A DNA stretch of 64,000 bases, from assembly GCF_001194135.2 (NCBI RefSeq), contig NC_068994.1, forward strand, positions 35,609,840-35,673,839, read 5' to 3'. This stretch comes from Octopus bimaculoides. Taxonomy: Eukaryota. Below the pieces are notes generated by a model, which saw nothing but the letters and a program-made list of their open reading frames with translations, ran no database searches and had not been told where the DNA came from. Below are positions 28,100-41,943 of this stretch, one piece after another. How positions within the stretch are numbered: position 1 is the stretch's first letter; every line of letters starts with the position of its first letter. Made by a program: the position numbers and the translations under genes.

Positions 28100-28527
28100 T
28101 CATAACATTTTTTAAGTAATACATAACTTTCGTATTTAGTATAGTTATTACTCTGTGTAAATCTGAGGGTTTTAAGTATTTTAGTATCATTAATCTTCAA
28201 TCAACTTTTATTTTAGGTAGGTTGTTCCTTTTCGATATTTTCGTTATTATTTTAGTAATTATAATACGTATTTACCTCTGGTAATGGACGCCATGTTTAT
28301 CACGTGACTTTTCAGTATTAATTTCCATAGCATTATTTACGTAATATAGAATTTTCGTATTTGTATAGTTATTACTCTGCGTTAATTTGCAAGTTTAAGT
28401 ATTTTAGTATTTTTAATCCTCAAGAATCTTTTTATTTTAGGTAGATTTTCTTTTTCGATATTTACGTTATTATTTTAGTAATTATAATACGCATGTACTT
28501 CTGGGTAATAGACGCCATATTTATCAC
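28100..28527. repeat. Tandem repeat with a period of about 225 bp, truncated by a gap
   Basis: TTTCGTATTT.GTATAGTTATTACTCTG at 28128 recurs at 28353; GACGCCAT.TTTATCAC occurs twice. Confidence 0.88.
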
Positions 28528-29653
28528 NNNNNNNNNNNNNNNNNNNNNNNNNNNNNNNNNNNNNNNNNNNNNNNNNNNNNNNNNNNNNNNNNNNNNNNNN
28601 NNNNNNNNNNNNNNNNNNNNNNNNNNTCCGTCTTTTAGTAACTTTATACACTAACACATTTTTTTTTACTATTATCTACTTATTCGATAATATTTTAACC
28701 TTGTTTACTATAATACTCTTTTTCAATATTTTTAGATTGTAACCCTTAATAATCATATTAATACCGTTAATGTAGGGATTTGTTTACAGTTTTTGTCTCT
28801 TTATATATATATTTTTATTTCTCATGTTTATGTTTATTCCTTGAATGATTTTAGGTATTTTCTTAGGGATTTGAGCTGAAGAGTGACTGATTTTGGGAGT
28901 AAAATCATTTCCCCGTTCTAATGAACTCGCATAGAATTTGCTATGATTTTATATAGTCCTATTTCAGCAATGAAACGCGCATAGTCTATATACTAGCACT
29001 AACTTTTTACATCTATACTTCTATACTGTATATTATCGTATTAATTTTTACTTTCCAATTTATAATTTTAACTTTTAAATTTTTTAAAATTAATATTTCT
29101 ATGATTTATTTATATGACTTATTTATTTAATATATTATTTAATTAAAATTTTTAGATTAAAATCTTAGATATATTAAGATGGTATATGCCTCACAGCATG
29201 GATTTGGACGAGTTCTGAGTTGACTGAGTTGTAGAGTGGTGGTTCGTCTCTAAAATAGTAATATATATATATATATATATATATGACGGGATTCTTTCAG
29301 TTGTCGCCTACAAAATCCACTTACAAGGTTTTGGTCAGCCCGAGGATATAGTAGAAGATACTTGCCCAAAGTGCCACACATTGGAAATGAACCTGGAACT
29401 ATGTAGCTGAGAAGCAAGCTTCTTACTACACATGTATGTATGTGCATAGTTTCACAATACTTTCAATGTTAAACGTTCTTCTTCTTTTTAGTCATCTCTC
29501 TATGTATATCCAAAGATGCAATGTTATTCTTGGATTTTTTGGGATACATGGTAACCCTATTTGTTGAATGACTGAATTCATGGAGGCTGCTCTGTTTAGT
29601 TGTAGCATTTAATAAGATAATTCATCTGGGATACTAGCAAGGAATGTAACTAG

Positions 29654-29788
29654 ATACCTTTTAAAAATGACAAGGGAAACTCTCATTACAGTTTTGTAAA
29701 CCTTTGTGGAGAAGCAGCTGAAGAACTGTGGAAATCTAAATGCCAAACTGTTGCTACAGATGCTAGTAATTTAGGAAAATGAGTTAGG
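29654..29788 (+). pseudogene. Possible decayed hAT transposase fragment
   Basis: IPFKNDKGNSHYSFVNLCGEAAEELWKSKCQTVATDASNFRKMS*; VATDASNFRKM resembles the hAT catalytic VVTDNAxNMxKM motif. Short and diverged. Confidence 0.35.
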
Positions 29789-30016
29789 ATCTAAAAGTAC
29801 TTCCCAATCTCCCCACTTTATGTCTTTCCTTCCATACTGCTATTTGGAATAAGTTTGCAAGAAACTTCTACATGCATACACAAACACACATACACGCATG
29901 CACACATACACAAACACACATTTTGGTATGTAAATATGTATGTATATAGTGAATATATACATATATATTATGCTCATACATTTATAAATATGTGTGTGTA
30001 TCTGCATATGTATATA

Positions 30017-30058
<42 letters not shown>

Positions 30059-31187
30059 TAAACAGAGAAATAGATATAGGTAAATATGTGATGCCATATA
30101 CTATGTATTTGCATATATACATGTATACATATATATATATATATATAGATAAACAGAGAAATAGATATAGGTAAATATNNNNNNNNNNNNNNNNNNNNNN
30201 NNNNNNNNNNNNNNNNNNNNNNNNATATATATATATATGTATACATCACATATATTGTCATATATGTGATGTATTTATGTGTATGCATGTATATAGTTTT
30301 GTTAGTTTGCATGTGTGTGTGTGTGATATTATATGAAAGAAATCTATCTCTATATTATAATCCAGGTGTTCATCTGTTACTATATGCCTCAAATATTTTA
30401 TTTATTTCTTTGCAAAAGATAACAGATATTAAAGGTAGAGAGTGAATGGAAGAATAAGAGAAAGAGAGGCGGGGAAGAGAAGGCTGTGAGACAGAGAGGA
30501 AGAAAAGGATGAGAGAGGAAGGAAAGGAAAGAGAGTAAGATTACTGATGGGTGAAGATTCTAGTTTCTGAGATGTAATGATTTGCAAAAAGCTTTAATCA
30601 GCTGGGACACACTTGATTATGTCTTTAGTCAGCAACTGTGAAAGAGAGAAAATATCTAGGTTGTTGGCTGAGAAGATTTCAATCAGTAAAATAATTTATG
30701 CCAATTTGTGGATATATAAAGTTAAGTATACCTGTTTATGTGTATGTGTATTCACACATGCATGTAACTATGAACAAACGTGTGCGTGCACACACACACA
30801 CACACATACATATATTTGTTACATTTGTTTGTACAGACTTAGGTATGCACTTACATACATAGCATATATATATGTCTTATGCAAATATATATAAACACAG
30901 AAATATTAACGCATATATGTATATACCTATATATACATACATTAATACATATACATATATACATACACTCACACACACATGCTCATGTATAAACACAGAC
31001 ACACACATATACATATATATATATACATACACAAATGCAAGAAACAAAAATGGATAACTTATTAGAACAGGAAAGAAGTAATATTAAATGCAGACTTTTT
31101 TTTAATCTTCTCTCCCCCTCTGTGTTTCATTTCTCTTTCACTTATACATTTACGTACTATTATTACCTATATTACCATTATTACTAC

Positions 31188-31235
<48 letters not shown>

Positions 31236-32122
31236 TCTGCTACTTTATTTTTTTCGTTTTTGGTCCATTTTTATTTTGTAGCATTTCTGTCTGTTTTTAT
31301 TAGCTTCTGGAAGAATGCTGAGCATTTCAAATTTAGCCTATACATTAGTTGAACAGAGAAAAAGCTATTTTCCAAAGAGCACAGAATATTTCTCTTCACT
31401 TCTCTCATTGTTACACTTTCATATATGTTTTGATAGCAAAGCTCTGAACATCAGAATTTTATTGTTTTCATATCTGAGAAAGAGAAGTTATTGCTTTGAG
31501 TATGAGAGATTTCATACAGACAACATTTGAATTTACTATATTTAGAAGATAAAAACCTAGCAGGAATATTATGGAGTGGGGTTGTGGGAGAGAAAAAATC
31601 GTACATATAAAAAATAATTAGAAAAAGAGAGTAAAGTACAAAAAAGTAAAATAAAATAGAATAAAATATGATATAATAGAAGAGAATGGAATAAAAGAAA
31701 AAGAGAGGAAAAAGAATCGGTTTAGAAAGCCTTATAGATTATTAGTCCAATCAAATGTCATAGATACCATTAGGAAAATAGAACCATGCAGGAGGGTGTA
31801 TGTATATGTGTATATATACATATATACGTGTGTACACGTGTGTGTATTTTTATTATATTATAATATACTATATCATATTTTCTATCATATCATTATCTAT
31901 ATATCTCTGTGTATATATATATATATATTATACAATATACACACACACACACAACACTTACATGCACACACACATGTGCACGCACACACAAACATATGCA
32001 TGTGTGTGTTTATACAAATATACATATGAAGATATAGAGAAACAGTGAGATGTTTAAGGTGAGACAGACAAGCTGACAGACAGGTAGACAGACAAATAGA
32101 CAGAGACAGTTANNNNNNNNNN

Positions 32123-32160
<38 letters not shown>

Positions 32161-32659
32161 CATAAATACTACACATGCATTCAATCATGTTATATACATC
32201 ATTTTGATACATCCAAAATATGAAGCTATTTCGGAGATAACACAATTTTATCAAAAAGAAACTAAGAGCAATAATAATAATACTGACAACAACAACAGAA
32301 CCAGTAACATTTATAACAATATTAGCAATAATAATAATAATAATAATACAATAGGAAAAATTTTTATTTTATCTCTGAGAGTTTCAACTTCTGATAACTT
32401 GGTGCATCAAAAAGTTGCTTCTATTTATAACTTTCTGTGAATGTGTTGGATTCAGATGTGGTTTGTGAGTTTTATTTCTCCTCTTCGGTAATCTTTGACA
32501 TAGAGATTACTCTTTAAGAGATTCGCTTCCATTCATTCCAATGATAAAAGAATGAATTCAAGTAATTTTCAAAAGTGATTTTCCTTTGTGAGAACTGCAT
32601 TAAACTTTAAATTGGATTGCTTTCAGCTTTTAACAAGTAACTTGAAGAACACTATTACA

Positions 32660-33610
32660 CTTGTTGTTGTTATTGTTGTTACTGATCACGACATTGCTGC
32701 TTCTGCTTAGTGTTATTGCTGTTGTTATTGTTGTTGTTGTTGGTGGTGGTGGTGGTGATGTTTTTGGTGTTTCTGTTATTTTTGTCATTCCTTTTGTTGC
32801 TGCCAATAGCCACCACCACCACCACCACCACTATTATTACTACCACTACCATCACCACCACCACCACCACTACCATCACCCCCTCACCACCACGATATTC
32901 CCCCCTGTACTCCCCTTCCTTTTTTATTGTGATCATTGTCATTATCTTCATTGTTGTTGTCATCATTGTCATCGTCATCACTATCAGCATCATCATTATC
33001 ATCACCTTCATTATTAAGATTATTGTCATCATTAACATTCTCATTATCATTATTCTCATCATGGTCACCACCACCACAACCAACAACAACACCACCACCT
33101 CCACTGTCACCACCATCATCTTTATTGTTGTTATTATTAGTTGTATTGTTGATGTTATTGTCATTGTTGCTATAGGTGTAACAATAGTAGCAGTAGTAGT
33201 AGTAGTTGTTGTTGTTTATTTTTAATACATTTTGGTACTTTAGTACTTTTTTTTTATAATAATTCTAATATAGTACAATAAAAAGAAGGAAATTTGTTCT
33301 CACGGAAAGCTTATTAAATTACCTCGACTGAAAAACACGGGTGATAGGATGATGATGATGATGATGAAGATGACGATGACAAAGATGATGGTGGTGATGA
33401 TGATGATGTGGGGGAAGTGTTGCAGGAGGATGACTACGATGGTGATGGTGGTGGTGCCAGTGATGTTAGTGATGACAATGGTGGCTGAGAAGTGGGGAGT
33501 GTTGATAAGGCAGGTGGAGGTCAATGGATGGGTGATTAAAATTGTGGGTGAATGGAGGGGGTACGGTGGTGGTGGTGGTGGTTGGTGGTGATGATGGTTG
33601 TGTTGGTAGC
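32660..33610. repeat. Trinucleotide low-complexity mosaic (GTT/GGT/CAC/CAT/GAT)n
   Basis: Direct; yields homopolymer ORFs in several frames on both strands. Confidence 0.9.
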
Positions 33611-34294
33611 AGTGTTGGTGATTTGAGTTATTGATTTGTAGTTAAAAATTATTGAATCCCTTAGTATTCAAGGTATGGCATGATTAAAAAAAAAAAAAAA
33701 AGGAGCTCATTCCAAAGATGGCCAAACTATTTCTGAAAAATTAATTTTCATCTTGTTCATTATATTTATTTATTTATTTTTAATCTTTTTTATGGTTGAA
33801 GATAATTTTTTTTTTTGCATTTCTTTTTTTATTATCTCTTTTGCCATCACTCTCCACTCCCATCACCATCTTCACTGCCAACACAATTCTTTCAATGCTT
33901 AAAGTGAATGAAAGGAAGAAAGAAATGAAGAAGGAAAAGAAAGACAAGATATCAAGAAAGGATTTTGTAAGGAGAACAAATGAATGGAGAAATGCAATGA
34001 AAAAATAAAATAAAAAAAAAATGAGTGGTGGTGGTGATGGTGATGGTGACTGTGATTGCATTTGAGATTGTGATTGTGGGTGTGGCTGAGGTTGTGGTTG
34101 ATAGCTCTGGCTGTAAGGACTGGTGGGATAAAATAGTGAAGATNNNNNNNNNNNNNNNNNNNNNNNNNNNNNNNNNNNNNNNNNNNNNNTAGATGACGGG
34201 AGGGTAAAAGAGATAGAAAAGAAAAAAAACAGGATTAAATATGACAAAAAAAAAATATTCATCAGATGACTTTGGTGAGTTTACTACTATTACT

Positions 34295-34353
<59 letters not shown>

Positions 34354-34566
34354 CAGCATCATCATTTAACAAAAAGTGATTCAAGTTTATGATAGTCAGA
34401 ACAGAGTTAAAAAAAGACGCATATATATCCATGTGGGAGGTATATGAGCATGTGTGTATGTGAGCATGTGTGTGTGTGTGTGTGTGGGGGGTATATGAGC
34501 ATGTCAGTGTATGTATGAGCATGTGTATGCATTGATATATATAAAAAAAATATATATATATATGTA

Positions 34567-34602
<36 letters not shown>

Positions 34603-35517
34603 NNNNNNNNNNNNNNNNNNNNNNNNNNNNNNNNNNNNNNNNNNNNNNNNNNNNNNNNNNNNNNNNNNNNNNNNNNNNNNNNNNNNNNNNNNNNNNNNNN
34701 NNNNNNNNNNNNNNNNNNNNNNNNNNNNNNNNNNNNNNNNNNNNNNNNNNNNNNNNNNNNNNNNNNNNNNNNNNNNNNNNNNNNNNNNNNNNNNNNNNNN
34801 NNNNNNNNNNNNNNNNNNNNNNNNNNNNNNNNNNNNNNNNNNNNNNNNNNNNNNATATATATATATATGAGCCAAAAAAAAAAAAGAACCCAAAAAGTCA
34901 TTTCATATATTTGGAAGCAAAAATCTTCAATCATTCTTTCTGGAATATTTTTTTGATTTTTTTTCTTCTCCTTTTCCATTTCTTTTACAAAAAAAGAAAA
35001 GCAAGAACAAAATTAAAAAAAAACAAAAAAAACTGGGGTTTAATATTTCCCAGAAGAACATAGATTTTATTTTTAGAGAAATAGATTTAGTACTGACTTT
35101 TTTTTCATGAATGAAAAATATTTTGTAATTGTTCAGTATTTATTGGGAAAGGATTTTTTCTCATTATTTTCTTCCCAACTTTTGAAGAGGATGGGAGAGG
35201 AGAAATGGAGTCGTTATTACTGGCAGAAAAAAAAAAAAACTAGTAAATATAAGATAAGTGGGAAATAGGTAAAAGTAAAGAAAAAGATAATAATAGTAAA
35301 AATAAATAAAACAGAAAAAAGTGTTTAATATGTTTACTAATAATTATAGAACTGGTGATGTTATATTGGAATATAAATCAATTTAAATAGGATTGATATG
35401 GTTTAAATATTAGAGGATATATGCTTTATGACATTGATAGATGTGTAGGCAAGTAGGTAGGTGTAGGTAGAAATGGAGGTATATATACATATACAATATG
35501 TGTGTGTGTGTATGTAT

Positions 35518-35564
<47 letters not shown>

Positions 35565-36459
35565 NNNNNNNNNNNNNNNNNNNNNNNNNNNNNNNNNNNN
35601 NNNNNNNNNNNNNNNNNNNNNNNNNNNNNNNNNNNNNNNNNNNNNNNNNNNNNNNNNNNNNNNNNNNNNNNNNNNNNNNNNNNNNNNNNNNNNNNNNNNN
35701 NNNNNNNNNNNNNNNNNNNNNNNNNNNNNNNNNNNNNNNNNNNNNNNNNNNNNNNNNNNNNNNNNNNNNNNNNNNNNNNNNNNNNNNNNNNNNNNNNNNN
35801 NNNNNNNNNNNNNNNNNNNNNNNNNNNNNNNNNNNNNNNNNNNNNNNNNNNNNNNNNNNNNNNNNNNNNNNNNNNNNNNNNNNNNNNNNNNNNNNNNNNN
35901 NNNNNNNNNNNNNNNNNNNNNNNNNNNNNNNNNNNNNNNNNNNNNNNNNNNNNNNNNNNNNNNNNNNNNNNNNNNNNNNNNNNNNNNNNNNNNNNNNNNN
36001 NNNNNNNNNNNNNNNNNNNNNNNNNNNNNNNNNNNNNNNNNNNNNNNNNNNNNNNNNNNNNNNNNNNNNNNNNNNNNNNNNNNNNNNNNNNNNNNNNNNN
36101 NNNNNNNNNNNNNNNNNNNNNNNNNNNNNNNNNNNNNNNNNNNNNNNNNNNNNNNNNNNNNNNNNNNNNNNNNNNNNNNNNNNNNNNNNNNNNNNNNNNN
36201 NNNNNNNNNNNNNNNNNNNNNNNNNNNNNNNNNNNNNNNNNNNNNNNNNNNNNNNNNNNNNNNNNNNNNNNNNNNNNNNNNNNNNNNNNNNNNNNNNNNN
36301 NNNNNNNNNNNNNNNNNNNNNNNNNNNNNNNNNNNNNNNNNNNNNNNNNNNNNNNNNNNNNNNNNNNNNNNNNNNNNNNNNNNNNNNNNNNNNNNNNNNN
36401 NNNNNNNNNNNNNNNNNNNNNNNNNNNNNNNNNNNNNNNNNNNNNNNNNNNNNNNNNNT
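35565..36459. other. Assembly gap (N run), the largest of many; most gaps are flanked by (AT)n
   Basis: Direct; explains the X-rich ORFs in the track. Confidence 0.99.
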
Positions 36460-37072
36460 ATATATATATATATGTGTGTGTGTGTGTATGTATGTATATA
36501 CATTGTGAACTACAGTTGCCACTTGGAAGCACAGATGAATTGATATCAGCATGTGGGAATGCTTTAACTCATGGATTTATGTATCCATATAGTCGCGAAC
36601 AGACACAGGCATCCACTCAATCCTCTGACCTTTGAACCCAGCATAGATTTGGAATATGCCAGCTGGAGGAGTGAGAGTGCTGCAACAGCATTTAAGGTGG
36701 TGCTTTTTTACTTAATGATAGTGAATGAATAAAAGACAAAGTTGACTTCAGTTGGGTTTGAATTCACATGTATACAGAGTTGAAATGACCAGCGCAGTTC
36801 ATTCTCTATGATACTCTTATGATTTTTGAAGTTATGTACATATATACATAGACACACACACACACACACGCACACACACATATATAAACATACATACATT
36901 TATATAGATATATATACATATACACACACACACAGATAAAGAAAGTAGATAAAAATAAGTAAAAAATTAGATGGCTGGAGAGAGGGAAAGATCATGAATG
37001 AATACAAGGAATGGAGAGAGGAAAAGAGAGATACATAAATAGATATATGTATGCAGTTTTTTATATATGTAA

Positions 37073-37138
<66 letters not shown>

Positions 37139-37234
37139 GTATATGTGCGTGTATTGGGGTTGGGGCTGGCTTATGAACATGAAAGTGAACATTAAAATAG
37201 ATCAAAACAATAAATAAAGTACATATATTTTACG

Positions 37235-37589
37235 TGGTACTCCGTCAGTTACACCGAGGGTTCCAGTTAATTTGATCAACAGAACAGCCTGCTCGTGAAA
37301 TTAACATGCAAGTGGCTGAGCACTCCACAGACACGTGTACCCTTAACGTAGTTCTCGGGGAGATTCAGTGTCACAAGGCTGGCCCTTTGAAATACAGGTA
37401 CAACAGAAACAGGGAGAAAGTTGTGGTGAAGGAGTACAGCAGGGTTCGCCACCACCCCACTACTGGAGCCTCGTGGAGCTTTAGGTGCTTTTGCTCAATA
37501 AACACTCACAGCACCCTGTCTGGGAATCGAGATCATGATCCTACGACCGTGAGTCCGCTGCCTTAACCACTGGGCTGTTGCACCTCCAC
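37235..37589 (-). mobile_element. Chimeric SINE with a family C head/body and a different 3' tail
   Basis: 37401-37589 is homologous to the 17133 and 46629 copies; 37235-37401 is homologous to 38071-38235. Confidence 0.8.
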
Positions 37590-37943
37590 ATATAAATATA
37601 TATAACAGGAAAGCCATGTCAATATTCGCAATATTATGATCAGCTGGGTTATAGATGTAACACAAATGCACAATATAGGAAACATACACATATGTATATG
37701 TGTGTATGCATGTGTGTGTATTTATATATATGTATACACACACACACACACACACATATTTGTATATATATATGTTTGTATGTCTGTATGTATATGCATG
37801 CTCCAGTGTCCTCTTTAGAGTTTCCATAGTGTGCAGCTGTTTTTTCAGACAAGTCAGAGTGGAGCAATAATGACAGCATTTTACTCTTTTATTGAGTACT
37901 TCTTTCTTGATCAAATACCCAACAACGTATATGTGTCTGTAAG

Positions 37944-38070
<127 letters not shown>

Positions 38071-38372
38071 GGAGGAGTACTCTGTCAGTTACAACGATGA
38101 GGGCCCCAGCTGATACAATCAACAGAACAGCTTGCTCATGAAATTAATGTGCAAGCATGCACCCTTAATGTAGTTCTCAGGGAGATTCAGCATGACACAG
38201 AGTGTGACAAGGCTGGCCCTTTGAAATACAAGTACTACTCATTTTTGCCAGCTGAGTGGACTGGAGCAATGTGAAATAAAGTGTCTTGCTCAAGGACACA
38301 ATGCGTCACTGGGAATTGAACTCCCGGCCTTATGATCATGAGCTGTTGCCCTAACCACTAAGCCACATGCCT
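38071..38372 (-). mobile_element. tRNA-derived SINE with a CORE-like central segment
   Basis: Contains GCTGAGTGGACTGGAGCAATGTGAAATAAAGTGTCTTGCTCAAGGACACAA, also seen at about 20995, 46490 and 63735; its tail is shared with the 37235 copy. Confidence 0.75.
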
Positions 38373-39523
38373 TTACTCAGTCATACACACACACACATGC
38401 ACACATATGTATGTGTGTGTGTTTATTTATTCATATATATATGTATATACATACATACGTGCATGCGCACTCACAAACACACACACACACACGTATATAT
38501 ATACACACAACGAAAGTATAGTGGGTGTTGGATTAAAAGGTCTCACTGCATAGAATGGACAATGGATAATACAGCAAGGCTAATCAATAAGTTATGATGA
38601 TGCCTTAGCATGAGATCAATTGCTTGTATCTAATCCCTGATAAAACCTTGGGTCTGTAGGCAAACCACTTAAATTCTGTTAACACATTCTATCAATTGGT
38701 GTAGAGGCACTATGATTAGGTAGAACTTAGTGCTATAATTAGAGAGAGGGAACTATGCAGTTAACAAGTATTTTGATCAATTCTAGTGGAAAGCAACAGG
38801 ATTAACTCTGCAGTAATTCTCTCTGGAGTTGCTATATCATAATAAGTATTGAGTCTTTTGTGATGATTACATATGAAGTTTCACTGAGCAAATGACATAT
38901 ATTACCATGTCTGTGTTTTGTGTTTTTTATTATGTGTGTATGAGTATACACACACATTTCTGTGCTCAAATATAGGAAAAGAAGTACTCAGAATGTGAAT
39001 ACACATCATTATACATATACACACGCACACACACACACAAATGCACACACACACACAAATGCACATACACACATACATATACACATGTATATATGTGTAT
39101 ATGTATGTGAATGTATATGTACTTGTTTGTGTATACAAATGTATATATATATATACTCTGTGAGTGTGTATATGTATGTGCATGTGTGTATGCGTCTATA
39201 TTTATATCTATATCTATCTATCTATATATGTATGGTGGAGGTGCATGGCTCAGTGGTTAAGGTGTTAGACTCATGATCATAAGATTGTAGTTTCAATTCA
39301 ATTGCTGGACTGGGTGATGCATTGTGTTCTTGAACAAAACACTTCCTTTCATGTTACTACATTCCACTCAGCCGGCAAAAATTAGTAACTCCACATGGAC
39401 CACTGTTCCATTGAGGTGGGGAATATATACGGAATATATACATCACAGAAACAGGCAAACCAGCCCTATGAGTCTATGTGACTTGGGAAGGGTCTTTATC
39501 ATTTTATTCTCATGTATTTATAT

Positions 39524-39554
<31 letters not shown>

Positions 39555-40374
39555 ATGGTTTCGAATTTTGACAGAAAGCCAGTAATTTTCAGGGAGGGGC
39601 TAATTCAGTCACATCGACCACAATGTTCAACTGATGCTTATTTTATTGACTCCCAAAAGAGATGAAAGGCTATGTTGATCTCGGTGGAATTTCAACCCAG
39701 AACATAATCAGGAACAAAATGCCACTAAGCATTTTGCCTGGTGTTATAATGATTCTGCCAGTTTGTCACCTTATATATCTTTTATCTTTTACTTGTTTCA
39801 GTCATTAGACTGCAGACGTTCTGGAGCACTGCTGTCAAGATTTTTAAAATTTTAGTCAAAGAATCGCTCCCAGGACTTTTTTTCAAGCTGGTACTTATTC
39901 TATTGAACTCTCTTGCCAAACCACTAAGTTACAGGATGTAATCACACCAACACCTGTTGTCAAGCAGTGGTGGTGAACAAACACAGACATAAAGACACAC
40001 ATATAAATATATATATATATACATATGTACATACATACATACATACATACATAAATACATACACATATATGGAACTGAACCCAGAATAAAATGGTTGGAA
40101 AACAAGCTTTTTACCACACACATATATATATATTAATATTTCGTTCTTTGCTGAGCTGTTGTAACAATTTCACATTGTACTGATACTTCTTGTAGAATAC
40201 ATATTTATTATTCTTTGACAGAAATACTGTTGACAAGGGACTTCAAAATTTCAGCTGCCTAGACTTCATTGGACACACGCACATATATATATATATGTGT
40301 GTGTGTGTTAAATAAAATAAAATAACAACGCCAAGGCAATTTGATATTCCTAGAACATTTATGAATAGAAAGGT

Positions 40375-40424
40375 GGTCTTACAGCTGTTTCAGGGAAATA
40401 ATTGATATCCCATCATCAGAGATG
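40375..40424 (-). ncRNA. Minimal type I hammerhead ribozyme motif (left arm)
   Basis: Minus strand reads CAUCU-CUGAUGA-U GGGAUAU CAAUU AUUUCCC U-GAAAC AGCU GUA-AGACC: intact core, helix II hairpin, palindromic CAGCUG helix III, GUA cleavage triplet and UCU/AGA helix I. Confidence 0.75.
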
Positions 40425-40626
40425 AGTTAAAAGACCTTCAATAGAAGGAATTAATAGACTTAATTTTTTAGAAGGTATTCTGCAGACGGGGAGATATACA
40501 AGAAATTAAATATAATGCAGAAAGTATAAAAGAAAAATATGAAAATCTCTCCCTCTCTAGAATAGCTTCTAAAAAAAAAAAAAAGAATAAACTCTACTAG
40601 CTCCTTTTATTGAAGCTCTTTTAACT

Positions 40627-40676
40627 TGTCTCTGATGATGGGATATCATGTATTTCTCTGAAACAGCTGTAAAACC
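40627..40676 (+). ncRNA. Minimal type I hammerhead ribozyme motif (right arm, helix I weakened)
   Basis: UGUCU-CUGAUGA(40632-40638)-U GGGAUAU CAUGU AUUUCUC U-GAAA(40660-40663)C AGCU GUA(40669-40671)-AAACC; AAAC replaces the AGAC needed for helix I. Confidence 0.65.
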
Positions 40677-40864
40677 ACTTTTCTATTCATAAATGTCTAA
40701 GGAATATCAAATTGCCTTGGCCTTGTTATCTTATTTTATTTAACATACATGCTCACATTCCTGCTATTATTGAACCAGGAGCTTAACAGCGCTCCTTCCA
40801 TAGTACTTACATAGGCTTACCTGCCTTTGGGTCTTCTGGATAGCAAAACATCGCATATTATTTA

Positions 40865-40904
<40 letters not shown>

Positions 40905-41596
40905 NNNNNNNNNNNNNNNNNNNNNNNNNNNNNNNNNNNNNNNNNNNNNNNNNNNNNNNNNNNNNNNNNNNNNNNNNNNNNNNNNNNNNNNNNNNNNNNN
41001 NNNNNNNNNNNNNNNNNNNNNNNNNNNNNNNNNNNNNNNNNNNNNNNNNNNNNNNNNNNNNNNNNNNNNNNNNNNNNNNNNNNNNNNNNNNNNNNNNNNN
41101 NNNNNNNNNNNNNNNNNNNNNNNNNNNNNNNNNNNNNNNNNNNNNNNNNNNNNNNNNNNNNNNNNNNNNNNNNNNNNNNNNNNNNNNNNNNNNNNNNNNN
41201 NNNNNNNNNNNNNNNNNNNNNNNNNNNNNNNNNNNNNNNNNNNNNNNNNNNNNNNNNNNNNNNNNNNNNNNNNNNNNNNNNNNNNNNNNNNNNNNNNNNN
41301 NNNNNNNNNNNNNNNNNNNNNNNNNNNNNNNNNNNNNNNNNNNNNNNNNNNNNNNNNNNNNNNNNNNNNNNNNNNNNNNNNNNNNNNNNNNNNNNNNNNN
41401 NNNNNNNNNNNNNNNNNNNNNNNNNNNNNNNNNNNNNNNNNNNNNNNNNNNNNNNNNNNNNNNNNNNNNNNNNNNNNNNNNNNNNNNNNNNNNNNNNNNN
41501 NNNNNNNNNNNNNNNNNNNNNNNNNNNNNNNNNNNNNNNNNNNNNNNNNNNNNNNNNNNNNNNNNNNNNNNNNNNNNNNNNNNNNNNNNNNNNNNN

Positions 41597-41647
<51 letters not shown>

Positions 41648-41901
41648 ATGTGCATGTGTATATTTATGTATGTGTGCATGTGGGTATATATATACATATA
41701 TATATAAAGTGAGAGAGAAAGATAGACAGAGAATATAGATAAATAGATAGATAGGTAGGCAGAGAGATCGATAGATAGATAGATAGACAGCTTTCACAAA
41801 TAGATGAATACACACAGATGGCTAGATATGTGTGCTTATATGTGTCTGTGTATGTCTGTGCATGTATATACATATACTCTGTTTCTCTCTCTATCTCTCA
41901 T

Positions 41902-41943
<42 letters not shown>

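Larger units (their letters stand above)
40306..40745. mobile_element. Inverted pair of Penelope-like terminal repeats (144-bp arms, 152-bp spacer)
   Basis: 40306-40449 against the reverse complement of 40602-40745: 14 mismatches in 144 nt by hand count; each arm holds a hammerhead core. The Penelope assignment is inferred from the ribozyme type and the inverted arrangement. Confidence 0.7.

Noticed and set aside
27850-29170. Mitochondrial insertion (control-region-like AT-rich DNA)
   Set aside because: No mitochondrial tRNA, rRNA or protein motif is recognisable; kept only as an unclassified repeat.
30050-30178. Direct duplication next to an N gap (similar case at about 43630-43712)
   Set aside because: Identical sequence abutting scaffold gaps inside (AT)n is most simply an assembly overlap artefact.
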